Source of the DNA: Candidatus Omnitrophota bacterium
GTDB lineage: Bacteria; Omnitrophota; Gorgyraeia; Zapsychrales; Fredricksoniimonadaceae
Length of the DNA stretch: 64,000 nt
Assembly (NCBI GenBank): GCA_037131245.1
Contig: JBAXRK010000009.1
Span: forward strand, 12,388 to 76,387
Direction of reading: 5' to 3'
The notes below the pieces were generated by a model. The model searched no databases. It was not told the origin of the DNA and saw only the letters and a program-made list of their open reading frames with translations. Below, in pieces: positions 23,919 to 33,384 of the stretch. The translations under genes and the position numbers were made by a program. Every line of letters begins with the position of its first letter. Positions within the stretch are counted from its first letter, which is position 1.

Positions 23919-25013
23919 ATGGCCTCTTTTGTGGATGGATACATAAAACTGATCAAACGCTTTTTCCCCCTGAACCGCCAGAGCAGTTCCATTGGACTCG
24001 ATGTAGGCCTGGCGGCGGTCAGGTCAGTCGAGATCACCAGTAAGAACGGGGTTTTTGAGCTGGTGCGCTGGGGTATTGAGCCCTTGGCCGCTAATGACGA
24101 TAAAGCGGCGGCTGTGGCCCTTGGTAAGACGGCGACGGCCCTCGGCCCTCAAGCCGGGTCGCGTCCGGTAGTTGCCTCCGTCGGGGGGAAAGGGACCCTG
24201 GTTCGTTATGTGGATATGCCCAGGATGTCAACCTCGGAACTGCGGCGGGCTTTTGAGATAGAATCGGACAAATATTTCCCTTTTCCTAAAGACACTGTCT
24301 ATACCGATTGCCACATCCTTGATACGACCGACAATAATCGTAAAATGGCGGTGTTGGTCTCCGCTGTAAAGAAAGATCTGGTCGACGGTAGGATGAAGCT
24401 GCTTAAGGACGCCGGGATGGACCCTGCGACGGTCACGCTCGCTTCCGTGGCCATGGCCAATGCTTTTGCCGTGTTCCCTCCGGAAGGTGTTGCGCCGGTG
24501 GACGGGAAGTCCCGTGAGTTCAAGGCTTCCGCCGTCCTGGATATTGGCGAGACGTGTACGAACTTGATGATCATTTTCGCGGGTTTGCCGCGGTTCAACC
24601 GGGATGTTTTTATCGGCACTCAGGAGATTTACAAGCGGGTGTCAAATTTGCTAGGCGTTCCTCCTCAGGAAGTGCCGGCGTTGTTACAGCCGGGGATGAC
24701 GTTGACTGAGCTGGCGCAGAAAGGCGTGGACGCGGTGATGGCGAACCTGATCGCCGAGATCCGCCTTTCTTTTGAATATTTTGTGACGGAAAAGAATCTG
24801 GCTGTTACGCGGATCTTTCTGGCTGGTGAAGGGGCTCAGGTCCCCGGTGTTGAGAAAGCGTTTAAGGACGGGATGGACATTCCGGTGAGTGTTTGGAACC
24901 CGCTGGATAAAATGCCCCGGTCGGCCACAGCGGCTTCCGAAGGCTTGAAGGCCGCGGGGCCACGGCTGGTGACGGCGCTGGGTTTGGCGCTAAATGAATA
25001 TGATCAAAGTTAA
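23919..25013 (+). CDS. pilM: Type IV pilus assembly protein PilM (actin-like ATPase fold)
   Basis: It carries IGLDVGLAAVRSVEI and ...VLDIGETCTNLMI. Its length and its position ahead of pilNOPQ fit PilM. Confidence 0.88.
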   Translation: MASFVDGYIKLIKRFFPLNRQSSSIGLDVGLAAVRSVEITSKNGVFELVRWGIEPLAANDDKAAAVALGKTATALGPQAGSRPVVASVGGKGTLVRYVDMPRMSTSELRRAFEIESDKYFPFPKDTVYTDCHILDTTDNNRKMAVLVSAVKKDLVDGRMKLLKDAGMDPATVTLASVAMANAFAVFPPEGVAPVDGKSREFKASAVLDIGETCTNLMIIFAGLPRFNRDVFIGTQEIYKRVSNLLGVPPQEVPALLQPGMTLTELAQKGVDAVMANLIAEIRLSFEYFVTEKNLAVTRIFLAGEGAQVPGVEKAFKDGMDIPVSVWNPLDKMPRSATAASEGLKAAGPRLVTALGLALNEYDQS

Positions 25014-25590
25014 TTTTATCCCTCAGGAAGCGCGGAAGAACCGCGGGAATATCTGGCAGGACGGGTTTGGGCCGTTGCCGCGTGAGCATATTCTCGGGTT
25101 TCTGGTCGCCGGAGCTGCCGTTCTGCTGGTCGCGCATCTGGCGCTTGTCGGATTGACGTTGGCGAAGGCCGCGCAACATACCATGCTTCAGGTCCGTTGG
25201 GGATCGATGGGAGCGCAGAAGAAGGCGCTCGACGAGATCACTAATGAAACGAAAGCCCTGCAAGTCAAGATGAACGCGTTGAAGGTCGTTACCTCCGCTC
25301 AAGGGGTCGTCTGGGCGCGCCTGCTTAATGAAGTCTCCGACAGTGTGCCTAAAGGCGTGTGGATCCGCGAGCTCCGCTTTGATAAGGGCCTTTTCAGCGT
25401 TGAGGGCAGCGCGGTTTCGAAAGTAAGAAATGAGATGATCCTGGTGAATAATTTTGTGGCCGCTTTAAAGGAGCAGCCGGAGATGAAAAAGAATTTTTCC
25501 GGCGTGGATGTTGATTCGATCAAGCGCCGCGAAGGCACCGCTCTTTCGATCGCGGACTTTACCGTCAAGGCGAAGAGGAAGTTACCATGA
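24994..25590 (+). CDS. pilN: Type IV pilus assembly protein PilN
   Basis: It has MIKVNFIPQE (the INLLP-like motif), one TM and a periplasmic coiled coil plus ferredoxin-like region. It overlaps the pilM end, and the start could be ATG 25000. Confidence 0.8.
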   Translation: MNMIKVNFIPQEARKNRGNIWQDGFGPLPREHILGFLVAGAAVLLVAHLALVGLTLAKAAQHTMLQVRWGSMGAQKKALDEITNETKALQVKMNALKVVTSAQGVVWARLLNEVSDSVPKGVWIRELRFDKGLFSVEGSAVSKVRNEMILVNNFVAALKEQPEMKKNFSGVDVDSIKRREGTALSIADFTVKAKRKLP

Positions 25591-26168
25591 ATCCCGCGCT
25601 GGAAAAGCTCAAGGGTCTTGAGGCCAGATACTTGTATATGATCCTGTTCGGGATCATGTTCCTGCTGGCTTTGCTTGATTTCGCGGTGGTGATGCGCCTC
25701 CAGTTGGGCCTGGCGGCATCGCTTGACAGCCGCATTGAGCAGTTGCGGAAGGACATCACGGATCTCTCCACCAACAAGCAGCGGCAGGCGCAGTTTGCCA
25801 CGCAGCTGGGCCTGGCCCGCACGGCCCGAAAGAATTTTGAGGCGATGGTCCATCGTAAAGATGATGTGCCGGCCGTGCTTAACAGTATTTCCAACATCGC
25901 TAATGAGTACAAGGTCAAGATCGACCAGTTAACACCGCAGCCGGTAAGCCCCACGCCGCTGATCCAGAATGAGGATGGCAAGTATTACGCGATGACCATC
26001 AATGTGCGGATCAATTGCGGTTTTCACCAGTTCGGCCGATTTATCAACCGCCTGGAACGTGAACGTCTTTTCTGGCAGCTGGATGATTTTGGTATTATGG
26101 CTGATCCCAAGGATATCACGCATCAGGAAGTAAAAATGAACATGAAGATCCTTATCTTGGAGAAATAA
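25587..26168 (+). CDS. pilO: Type IV pilus assembly protein PilO
   Basis: An ATGA overlap joins it to pilN. It has one TM (YLYMILFGIMFLLALLDFAVVM) and a coiled coil, and its size and position fit PilO. Confidence 0.75.
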   Translation: MNPALEKLKGLEARYLYMILFGIMFLLALLDFAVVMRLQLGLAASLDSRIEQLRKDITDLSTNKQRQAQFATQLGLARTARKNFEAMVHRKDDVPAVLNSISNIANEYKVKIDQLTPQPVSPTPLIQNEDGKYYAMTINVRINCGFHQFGRFINRLERERLFWQLDDFGIMADPKDITHQEVKMNMKILILEK

Positions 26169-26169
26169 C

Positions 26170-26559
26170 GTGTTCTGGCCTTTTCTGTCATTTGTGTGTT
26201 TGCTGTTGATCACGGCCCCGGCGATGGCGCAGCGCGCCACCGAAGCCGTGGCTGTGTCTTCGGCAGTGACGGTTGAGCCGGAGTTCGTCTACGACGATCA
26301 CGCCCAGCGCGATCCTTTTCTGCCGCTGGTGACAGCGGGCGGCGCGGTCGTGACCTACGACACCAGTTTTGCGGTCGCGGAAATGACCCTGGAGGGCATC
26401 GTCAGTGATGGTCAGGGCGGGGTGGCGATCATCAATGGTACGGTTATCGAGCAGGGAAAGCCTTTCGGCTTGTATATGGTCCAGAAGATCGAGCGTGACA
26501 GGGTCATTCTGGTTAAGGACGGACAGATCTCGGAGCTTCGATTAAAGAAGGAGGAATAA
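26170..26559 (+). CDS. pilP: PilP-like pilus assembly protein
   Basis: It starts with GTG and has a signal peptide, an RDPFLPL motif and a C-terminal beta domain (MTLEGIVSDGQGGVAIINGTVIEQGKPFGLYMVQKIERDRVIL). Confidence 0.65.
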   Translation: MFWPFLSFVCLLLITAPAMAQRATEAVAVSSAVTVEPEFVYDDHAQRDPFLPLVTAGGAVVTYDTSFAVAEMTLEGIVSDGQGGVAIINGTVIEQGKPFGLYMVQKIERDRVILVKDGQISELRLKKEE

Positions 26560-28140
26560 ATGGTGAGGATCCTTTGCCTCGCGTGTTTGATCATTTTGCT
26601 GGGTGTTGCGGTGATTCAGGTTGCTGGAAGGGCCAATGCCGGGACGACGGTCAATGCGGTCGCGCCGGAGCAGGCGGTGGCCGACCTGTCGGCTGTTACG
26701 CCGGCACCCGTTGCGTCGTCTTCAACGACCGACTCCTCGCCATCCGTGTCGGCGGCGCCTGTGACAGGACCGGAGCCGGTCATGGAATTCAATATGACCA
26801 AGAGCGGGAACGTTTCGCTGGATTTCCGTGAGGCCGATATTAAGAATGTTCTCAAGGTCTTGTCGTACAAGAGCGGTATCAATATGATCGCCGGGCCGGA
26901 AGTGGTGGGGCTGGTCAATATTCAGTTGAAGGATGTGCCGTGGCAAAAGGCGTTGGATGTGATCCTGTCCACGTACGGGTACAGTTACGAGCAGAAGGGC
27001 ACCATTATCATGGTGACCACGGTCGAGAATCTCAAAAAGCGCCGCGAGGACGCTAAGTTGTTGGCCGACCAGGAGCCGGTAGCGACGGAGACTTTTGTGC
27101 TGAATTTCAGCAAGGCCGAAGAGGTCGTCAAGTCGATGGACAAGATGAAGACGGCCCGCGGGAGCATCAATTTCGATGTGCGGACCAACGCGGTCATCGT
27201 GACGGATGTTTCGAGCAACCTGGAGTTGATGAAAGAAGTGGTGAAGAAGCTTGATACGGTTACCCCCCAGGTGCTTATTGAGGCCAAGATCATTAAGACC
27301 TCCCTGGGCAAGGATGAGACGATGGGCGTCGACTGGTTGAGCCTTTCCCAGGTCAAGGGGACGGTGGCTTTCCCTTCCAGGGCGCATTCTTTCCCCTGGA
27401 CGACAAATAAGGATGTGTATTTGCCGGCGGAGACGGTGACGACGCCGACACTGACTTACGGGACACTGAGCATCTCCACCCTCAATGTGATCCTCGACGC
27501 GTTGAAAAAAAGAAGCAATACCAAGAGTGTGTCGAACCCGCGGCTGGTGACCATGGATAACCAGACGGCGAGGATACAGGTTGGTGACCAGTACCCGGTC
27601 CCCCAGTATACGTACAGTGCTGAAGCGAACGCGATGCAGGTGTCGGGTTGGAATTACATCGATACCGGGCTTATTTTCAAGGTGACCCCGCATATCAATA
27701 GTGCGTCGCTCATCACCATGGAGATCGAGCCTCAGGTGACGAAGATTGGCGCGCCGGTCGTTGTGCAAACAACGTCCATGCCTATTCTGAGCACGGAGGT
27801 CGTTAAAACGACCGTCATGATCAAGGATGGGGAAACACTGGTTATTGCCGGGCTCATTAGCGATGATAAAGACACGACCGATTATCATGTTCCGATCCTT
27901 GGGGATATCCCGATCCTCGGCATTCCGTTCCATCATAAAACGGAGACGACCACCAAGACGGAACTGCTGATATTTTTGACCCCGCATATCATCACCCAGG
28001 CCGCGCCAGGTGTTATTGACCTGACCAAGCCGGTTGACGCGGTTGTCTCGCCGGAAACGACGGTGGCGCCGGAAGCGCCGGTGGCGGTGAAATCCGACCA
28101 TGCCGGGAACGCCGGTTTTGTCGTGAAAACCGCTAAGTAA
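26560..28140 (+). CDS. pilQ: Type IV pilus secretin PilQ
   Basis: An RBS aaggagga lies upstream. It has a secretin N-domain (VSLDFREADIKNVLKVLSYKSGINMI) and a C-terminal secretin core (GETLVIAGLISD...VPILGDIPILGIPF...TELLIFLTPHII). Confidence 0.93.
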   Translation: MVRILCLACLIILLGVAVIQVAGRANAGTTVNAVAPEQAVADLSAVTPAPVASSSTTDSSPSVSAAPVTGPEPVMEFNMTKSGNVSLDFREADIKNVLKVLSYKSGINMIAGPEVVGLVNIQLKDVPWQKALDVILSTYGYSYEQKGTIIMVTTVENLKKRREDAKLLADQEPVATETFVLNFSKAEEVVKSMDKMKTARGSINFDVRTNAVIVTDVSSNLELMKEVVKKLDTVTPQVLIEAKIIKTSLGKDETMGVDWLSLSQVKGTVAFPSRAHSFPWTTNKDVYLPAETVTTPTLTYGTLSISTLNVILDALKKRSNTKSVSNPRLVTMDNQTARIQVGDQYPVPQYTYSAEANAMQVSGWNYIDTGLIFKVTPHINSASLITMEIEPQVTKIGAPVVVQTTSMPILSTEVVKTTVMIKDGETLVIAGLISDDKDTTDYHVPILGDIPILGIPFHHKTETTTKTELLIFLTPHIITQAAPGVIDLTKPVDAVVSPETTVAPEAPVAVKSDHAGNAGFVVKTAK

Positions 28141-28197
28141 GCGGCCGGGTTGCGGGAAAAAGATTTTTAACCATTTTTTCATTTAGAGGGTATTAGT

Positions 28198-29601
28198 GTG
28201 CCAAAAGACATTTTGATCCACGTTGCCGACGGAGAGCGGCGGGTGGCGGTCATCGACAATAAAAAACTTGATGATTTTTACATCGAGCTAGACCGTTACG
28301 AATCTTTCCTGGGGAATATTTACAAAGGCAAGGTCGAGTCGATCCTGCCGTCCATTAACGGCGCCTTTGTTAATGTCGGCCAGGAAAAGAACGGCTTCCT
28401 TTATCTTACCGACGCCGATCATTCCAGCCTGGAAGATTTTAATCCCAACAAAAAGAAGGAAGATGCCACGCCTCAGCCCAGCCTGATCGATCGCCTGCTT
28501 AATCGTAAGGCGAAGGCGGCGGACGCGGGGAAGTCTCCTGAGGCGACGAAGAAAGAAGAACCGGGCGAAAAGCCTCACGGCGGCCACGGCCGCCACGGTG
28601 GCCGCCATGGCGGAGGCAAAGCCGGTACGCCGCTTAAGGTCGGGCAGGAAGTTCTGGTGCAGGTCGAGAAAGACCCTTTCGGTACCAAGGGCCCGCGCCT
28701 CACCACACACGTGTCGATCCCTGGCCGGTTCGTTGTTTATATGCCCTACGATAATCACCTGGGTGTTTCCCAGAAGATCGAATCTCCCGAAGAGCGCCAT
28801 CGTTTGCGCGAGATCATCAAGGAGTGTGATATTAAAGAGGGGGGCTTCATTATCCGCACCGTTTCCATGGGGCAGGATAAGGCGGAGCTTCTTAATGACG
28901 CTAAATTTGTTTATGAAAAATGGCAGCAGGTCCTCAAACTTGCCCGTGAGAAGAAATCTCCTTTTCTGGTCTATAAGGAAGGGGATATCATCTGGAAAGT
29001 TGTCCGTGATCATTTGCGCGAGGATGTGGCCTCGATCCATATTGATTCCAAGGAGCAGCATGAAAAGTTGCTCAAGTATGTCGAGACACTGGTCGGCCAG
29101 AAAGCCCTGAAGAAGATCCATCTTCACCGGGGAGAAACAAATATTTTTGAAGCGCACAAGATAACGAAAGCGCTCGAAGAGATCTACGACACCAAGGTTT
29201 ATCTTAAAACCGGCGCTTATGTGGTGATCGAGCCCACTGAAGGCGTGACGGTGGTGGATGTTAACAGCGGCCGCTACAAGACCACGGCTTCTCCGGAGGA
29301 AGCGGCGTTTAACGTGAATATGGAGGCGGCTCCCGAGATCGCTCGCCAGCTGCGGCTGCGTGACCTTGGCGGTATCATCGTCATTGATTTCATCGATATG
29401 ATGCGCGAGGAGCACAAGCGCAAAGTCCTTGATGTTCTCAGGGGCGAATTGGCGAAAGACATGTCCAAGACCGAAGTTAACAAGATCTCGAGTTTGGGGT
29501 TGGTTGAAATGACCCGCGAAAGGGCTGGCAAAACGCTTGAATCGATCAAATTCGCTCCTTGTCCCTATTGCCAGGGCCGCGGTAAAGTAAAAATTGACTA
29601 A
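28198..29601 (+). CDS. rng: Ribonuclease G/E family endoribonuclease
   Basis: It has an S1 domain (GNIYKGKVESILPSINGAFVNVG), a catalytic core (VQVEKDPFGTKGPRLTTHVSIPGRFVVYMP, VVDVNSG, IIVIDFIDM) and a CPYC Zn-link. It contains a charged insertion of about 50 aa that includes HGGHGRHGGRHGGG. Confidence 0.9.
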   Translation: MPKDILIHVADGERRVAVIDNKKLDDFYIELDRYESFLGNIYKGKVESILPSINGAFVNVGQEKNGFLYLTDADHSSLEDFNPNKKKEDATPQPSLIDRLLNRKAKAADAGKSPEATKKEEPGEKPHGGHGRHGGRHGGGKAGTPLKVGQEVLVQVEKDPFGTKGPRLTTHVSIPGRFVVYMPYDNHLGVSQKIESPEERHRLREIIKECDIKEGGFIIRTVSMGQDKAELLNDAKFVYEKWQQVLKLAREKKSPFLVYKEGDIIWKVVRDHLREDVASIHIDSKEQHEKLLKYVETLVGQKALKKIHLHRGETNIFEAHKITKALEEIYDTKVYLKTGAYVVIEPTEGVTVVDVNSGRYKTTASPEEAAFNVNMEAAPEIARQLRLRDLGGIIVIDFIDMMREEHKRKVLDVLRGELAKDMSKTEVNKISSLGLVEMTRERAGKTLESIKFAPCPYCQGRGKVKID

Positions 29602-29621
29602 AACACGAAAACGCTTATAAT
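29594..29621 (+). promoter_or_regulatory. Near-consensus sigma70 promoter for rplU
   Basis: TTGACT (29594-29599), a 16-nt spacer, then TATAAT (29616-29621). Confidence 0.6.
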
Positions 29622-29656
29622 AGGCGCACTTTAAAAATTTACCGGAGGTTTTTCAT

Positions 29657-29968
29657 ATGTACGCAGTTATTGACGTAGGTTCCTTCCAGTTCAAGGTCGC
29701 GGAAGGTGATGTTATTGACGCTCCCAGCATTGATATCGAGCCTGGCCAGAAGCTGGATGTTGATAAGGTGCTTTTGGTGGCTGACGGCGAGAATGTCAAG
29801 ATCGGCACGCCTTATGTGGCTGGTGCCAAGGTCTCTTTCGAGGTCGTTCGCCATTTGCGCGATGAGAAAGATATCCATTTCTTTTTCCGCAAGCGCAAAG
29901 ATACGCGCAAGACCATCGGGCACCGTCAGGAACTGACGGCACTCAAGGTCGCGAAGATCACGGCATAA
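29657..29968 (+). CDS. rplU: 50S ribosomal protein L21
   Basis: It begins MYAVIDVGSFQFKVAEGDVI, and its length and sequence are typical of L21. Confidence 0.95.
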   Translation: MYAVIDVGSFQFKVAEGDVIDAPSIDIEPGQKLDVDKVLLVADGENVKIGTPYVAGAKVSFEVVRHLRDEKDIHFFFRKRKDTRKTIGHRQELTALKVAKITA

Positions 29969-29985
29969 CAGTTTTTTTGTTATAG

Positions 29986-30026
29986 AGCGGGCAGGAGAGT
30001 GTGTTTTCCTGCCCGCTTTAATTTTT
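29986..30026 (+). terminator. Rho-independent terminator after rplU
   Basis: An 11-bp perfect stem (agcgggcagga / tcctgcccgct) is followed by ttaattttt. Confidence 0.75.
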
Positions 30027-30041
30027 AAGGGGTCCTGTCCC

Positions 30042-31025
30042 ATGGCGTTCGTTGATTCCGCTCGTATTGTTGTTAAGGCCGGTGACGGTGGCAAAGGCTG
30101 CGAAAGCCATTATCGCGACCTGTGGATGCGCTATCCCCGCGCGGACGGCGGCAACGGCGGTGACGGCGGCAGCATTATTTTTGTGGCCGATCCTCATATT
30201 CAAACCCTCCTTGATTTCCGTTTTAAGCAGCATTATCAGGGTAAGAAAGGCAATTGCGGCTCCAGCAAAGGCGCTACCGGCCGTTGCGGGGACGATTGTT
30301 CCCTGCGTGTCCCAGTGGGGACGGTCTTGTGGGATGATGACACGGGCCTTCTGATCCGTGATTTTAGCACGCCCGGTGAGCAAGTGGTGGTGGTGCCCGG
30401 CGGGCGCGGCGGTATCGGCAATATGCATCGCAAGACGGCTGTTCCGCCTGAGACCGGTGGTACCAAAGCGTTACGCCTGGAACTTAAGGTCATCGCGGAC
30501 GTCGGGCTGGTTGGCTTTCCTAACGCCGGAAAATCGACGTTGATATCGGCTATTTCCAAAGTCCGCTCCAAGGTGGCGAATTATCCTTTTACGACCAAAC
30601 AGCCTATCCTGGGCATTGTTGAGACGGACGATTGCAGTTTCGTGGCGGCTGATCTTCCGGGTTTGATCGAAGGCGCTCATTTAGGAAAAGGCCTGGGGAT
30701 CAAGTTCCTCAAGCACGCCGAGCGTACCAAGATCCTGGTGCAGGTGGTGGACATGTCGGGTTGCGAGGATCGGGACCCGTTAGAGGACTATGAGAAGATC
30801 ATTTCAGAGCTTGAGCAGTACAGTGGTGAGTTGGCGCACAAGCACCGCATTGTGGTGGCTAACAAGATGGATATCCCTGAATCCAAGAAGCAGTTGACGC
30901 GCTTTAAAAGGCGCTTCAAAAATGTTAAGATCTTCCCTATATCCGCGCTCGATAAAAAAGGGCTTGAGGCCCTGGTGGATGAGATCATCGTGATCCTCAA
31001 AGCCGCGGCGCGTTTCGAGAAGTAG
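30042..31025 (+). CDS. obg: GTPase Obg/CgtA
   Basis: It has the Obg fold N-terminus (FVDSARIVVKAGDGGKGC, Gly-rich) and the G-domain motifs GFPNAGKSTL, DLPGLIEGA and NKMD. Confidence 0.95.
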   Translation: MAFVDSARIVVKAGDGGKGCESHYRDLWMRYPRADGGNGGDGGSIIFVADPHIQTLLDFRFKQHYQGKKGNCGSSKGATGRCGDDCSLRVPVGTVLWDDDTGLLIRDFSTPGEQVVVVPGGRGGIGNMHRKTAVPPETGGTKALRLELKVIADVGLVGFPNAGKSTLISAISKVRSKVANYPFTTKQPILGIVETDDCSFVAADLPGLIEGAHLGKGLGIKFLKHAERTKILVQVVDMSGCEDRDPLEDYEKIISELEQYSGELAHKHRIVVANKMDIPESKKQLTRFKRRFKNVKIFPISALDKKGLEALVDEIIVILKAAARFEK

Positions 31026-31031
31026 GCTGAT

Positions 31032-32126
31032 ATGGAACGGAAATTTCCCAGAAAGATAAAACGGGTGGTCATCAAGGTGGGCTCCAGCCTGCTGGCGACT
31101 CATTTGATGAAGCCCCACGAAGATTCGCTCCGATCGCTGGTCCGGCAGATCTGCGGCCTGCGCGACAAGGGGATCGAGGTCGTGCTGGTGAGTTCCGGCG
31201 CGGTAGTCCTTGGTCTGGGCGAGATGGGGGAGCGGGTGCGCCCCTCTGACACACCCTCCTTGCAGGCAGCTGCCTCCATCGGCCAGGCTTTGCTGATGCG
31301 TCTTTACTGCGATTACTTCAAGGTCGGAAAAAGGACCTGCGCTCAATTGCTTTTGACCTGGGAGGATTTTGCCGATCGCGTGAGGTTCAACAATGCCCGC
31401 AATACGCTTAATGTCCTCTTGGAACGCGGGGTGGTGCCGATCATCAATGAGAACGATACGATATCAACCGACGAGATCAAGTTCGGCGATAACGATAAGC
31501 TTTCCGCCCTGGTCGCCAGTCTGGTCCATGCCGACCTTCTGATCATGCTGTCGGACGTGGACGGGCTTTATAAGAAAGAGAATGGAAAGCTGACCGAGAA
31601 GTTCCAGGAGATCCGCGATATCACCAGCGAGATCGAAGGCGCGGCCGGCGGTGCGAAAGACAAGAATGTTTCCAGAGGCGGGATGATCGCCAAGGTCAAC
31701 GCGGTCAAGATCGCGTCCTCGGCGGATGTGCCATGCATTATCGCCAACGGCCAGACGGATGATGTGATCCGCCGGATCGTGCTGGATAAAGAGCCTTTGG
31801 GCACTTATTTTTTTGAGAAAGAAGAGAAGCTTCTGATGCGCAAGCATTGGATCATTTTTGTCGCGAAGCCTAAAGGGTCTTTGACCGTCGATGAGGGCGC
31901 GACGAAAGTTTTGCTTAGGGGTAATGCCAGCCTTCTGTTGCCGGGGGTTGTCCATTGGGAAGGTGTTTTCAAGGCCGGGGACGCGGTTATTGTGCAGAAT
32001 CATGATGGTGACGAGATCGCCAGGGGCATTGTGAATTATTCCGTCTCAGAGTTGGCGAAGATGGGCGATAAGAAAGCGAAGCGCGAGCTTATTCACGTGG
32101 ATGATCTTGTGATAACGGTGAAATAA
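31032..32126 (+). CDS. proB: Glutamate 5-kinase with PUA domain
   Basis: It carries VVIKVGSSLL, VLVSSGAV and INENDT. The C-terminal PUA-like region is followed directly by proA. Confidence 0.93.
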   Translation: MERKFPRKIKRVVIKVGSSLLATHLMKPHEDSLRSLVRQICGLRDKGIEVVLVSSGAVVLGLGEMGERVRPSDTPSLQAAASIGQALLMRLYCDYFKVGKRTCAQLLLTWEDFADRVRFNNARNTLNVLLERGVVPIINENDTISTDEIKFGDNDKLSALVASLVHADLLIMLSDVDGLYKKENGKLTEKFQEIRDITSEIEGAAGGAKDKNVSRGGMIAKVNAVKIASSADVPCIIANGQTDDVIRRIVLDKEPLGTYFFEKEEKLLMRKHWIIFVAKPKGSLTVDEGATKVLLRGNASLLLPGVVHWEGVFKAGDAVIVQNHDGDEIARGIVNYSVSELAKMGDKKAKRELIHVDDLVITVK

Positions 32127-32127
32127 T

Positions 32128-33384
32128 ATGGCTCTCAAAGATGACATTCTAAAGCAGGCAAAAGCGGCCAGAAAAGGCGCGCTGGCGCTGGCTCTTTGTT
32201 CCTCTAAAGAGAAAGATAAAGCTCTGAAGGCGATGGCCGCAGTTTTGCTCAAGTCGACCGCGACGATCCTGAAGGCGAACGCGCTGGATGTGGCGGAGGG
32301 TGTAAAGGCTGGTCTACCCGGTGCCATGGTGGAGCGGCTGAAGCTAAATGACAAGCGCGTCAAGGCGATGGCCGATGGCATTTTGGACATCGCCAAGCTC
32401 AAGGACCCTGTCGGCGAGGTCATCAGCTCCCGACGCCGGCCTAATGGCCTGCGCATCGATCAGGTGCGTGTTCCTATCGGTGTGGTCGGGATCATCTATG
32501 AATCGCGCCCTAATGTCACGGCGGATTGCGCGGCTTTGTGCATCAAGTCGGGCAATGCGGTCATCCTGCGCGGCGGCAAAGAAGCGATTAATTCCAATCT
32601 AGCGATCTATAAAGTTCTTAAGGGTTCCTTGATCGGGACAAAGGTTCCTTCGGACGCTATTCAACTCATCGGCTCGACTGACCGCCAGGCAGTGCTGGAA
32701 CTGCTCCAGTTTGATAATCTGGTCGATCTTATTGTGCCCCGCGGCGGCGAAGGTCTTATTCGGTTCGTGGCCGAGAATTCTTTGATCCCTGTTGTAAAAC
32801 ATTATAAGGGCGTCTGTCATATTTACGTGAGCGCGAAGGCCGACTTGAAAATGGCTGAAGAGGTTTGTTTTAACGCCAAGGTGCAGCGGCCCGGCGTTTG
32901 CAATGCGATGGAGAAAATGCTGGTCGATGAGAAGGTCGCCAAAAAGTTCCTGCCCGCGATGGCCAGCCGATTCCGTGATGCCGGCGTTGAGTTGCGCGGC
33001 GATGCGGCATCAATGGCTATCGAGGGCGGCATTAAGAAAGCGGCTTTGAAGGATTGGTCCGAGGAATATCTTGATCTTATCCTAACGGTCAAGGTCGTCC
33101 GGGGCGTGGGTGAGGCGATCGATCATATCAATACGTTTGGCTCCCGGCATTCGGACGCGATCATCACGAAAGATAAAAAAGAAGCTGAGACTTTTCTTAA
33201 AGGGGTTGATTCGGCCTGTGTTTATGTGAACGCGTCCACCCGCTTTACGGACGGCTACGAGTTCGGGCTGGGCGCCGAGGTGGGGATATCGACGGACAAG
33301 ATCCATGTCCGCGGGCCCATGGGGCTTGAGGGGCTTACGTCTTATAAATATGAAGTTCACGGGAATGGACAGATCCGCTCATGA
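32128..33384 (+). CDS. proA: Gamma-glutamyl phosphate reductase
   Basis: It is an aldehyde-dehydrogenase-type protein with IYESRPNVT, VILRGGKEA and VCNAMEKMLV. Confidence 0.93.
   Translation: MALKDDILKQAKAARKGALALALCSSKEKDKALKAMAAVLLKSTATILKANALDVAEGVKAGLPGAMVERLKLNDKRVKAMADGILDIAKLKDPVGEVISSRRRPNGLRIDQVRVPIGVVGIIYESRPNVTADCAALCIKSGNAVILRGGKEAINSNLAIYKVLKGSLIGTKVPSDAIQLIGSTDRQAVLELLQFDNLVDLIVPRGGEGLIRFVAENSLIPVVKHYKGVCHIYVSAKADLKMAEEVCFNAKVQRPGVCNAMEKMLVDEKVAKKFLPAMASRFRDAGVELRGDAASMAIEGGIKKAALKDWSEEYLDLILTVKVVRGVGEAIDHINTFGSRHSDAIITKDKKEAETFLKGVDSACVYVNASTRFTDGYEFGLGAEVGISTDKIHVRGPMGLEGLTSYKYEVHGNGQIRS

Noticed and set aside
26722-28182. 486-aa ORF on the minus strand
   Set aside because: It is fully antisense to the clearly recognisable pilQ secretin gene. 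The product is Arg/His/Leu-rich low-complexity sequence, typical of shadow ORFs opposite GC3-rich genes.
28288-29415. 375-aa ORF on the minus strand
   Set aside because: It is antisense to the RNase G gene, has no recognisable motifs and has shadow-ORF composition.
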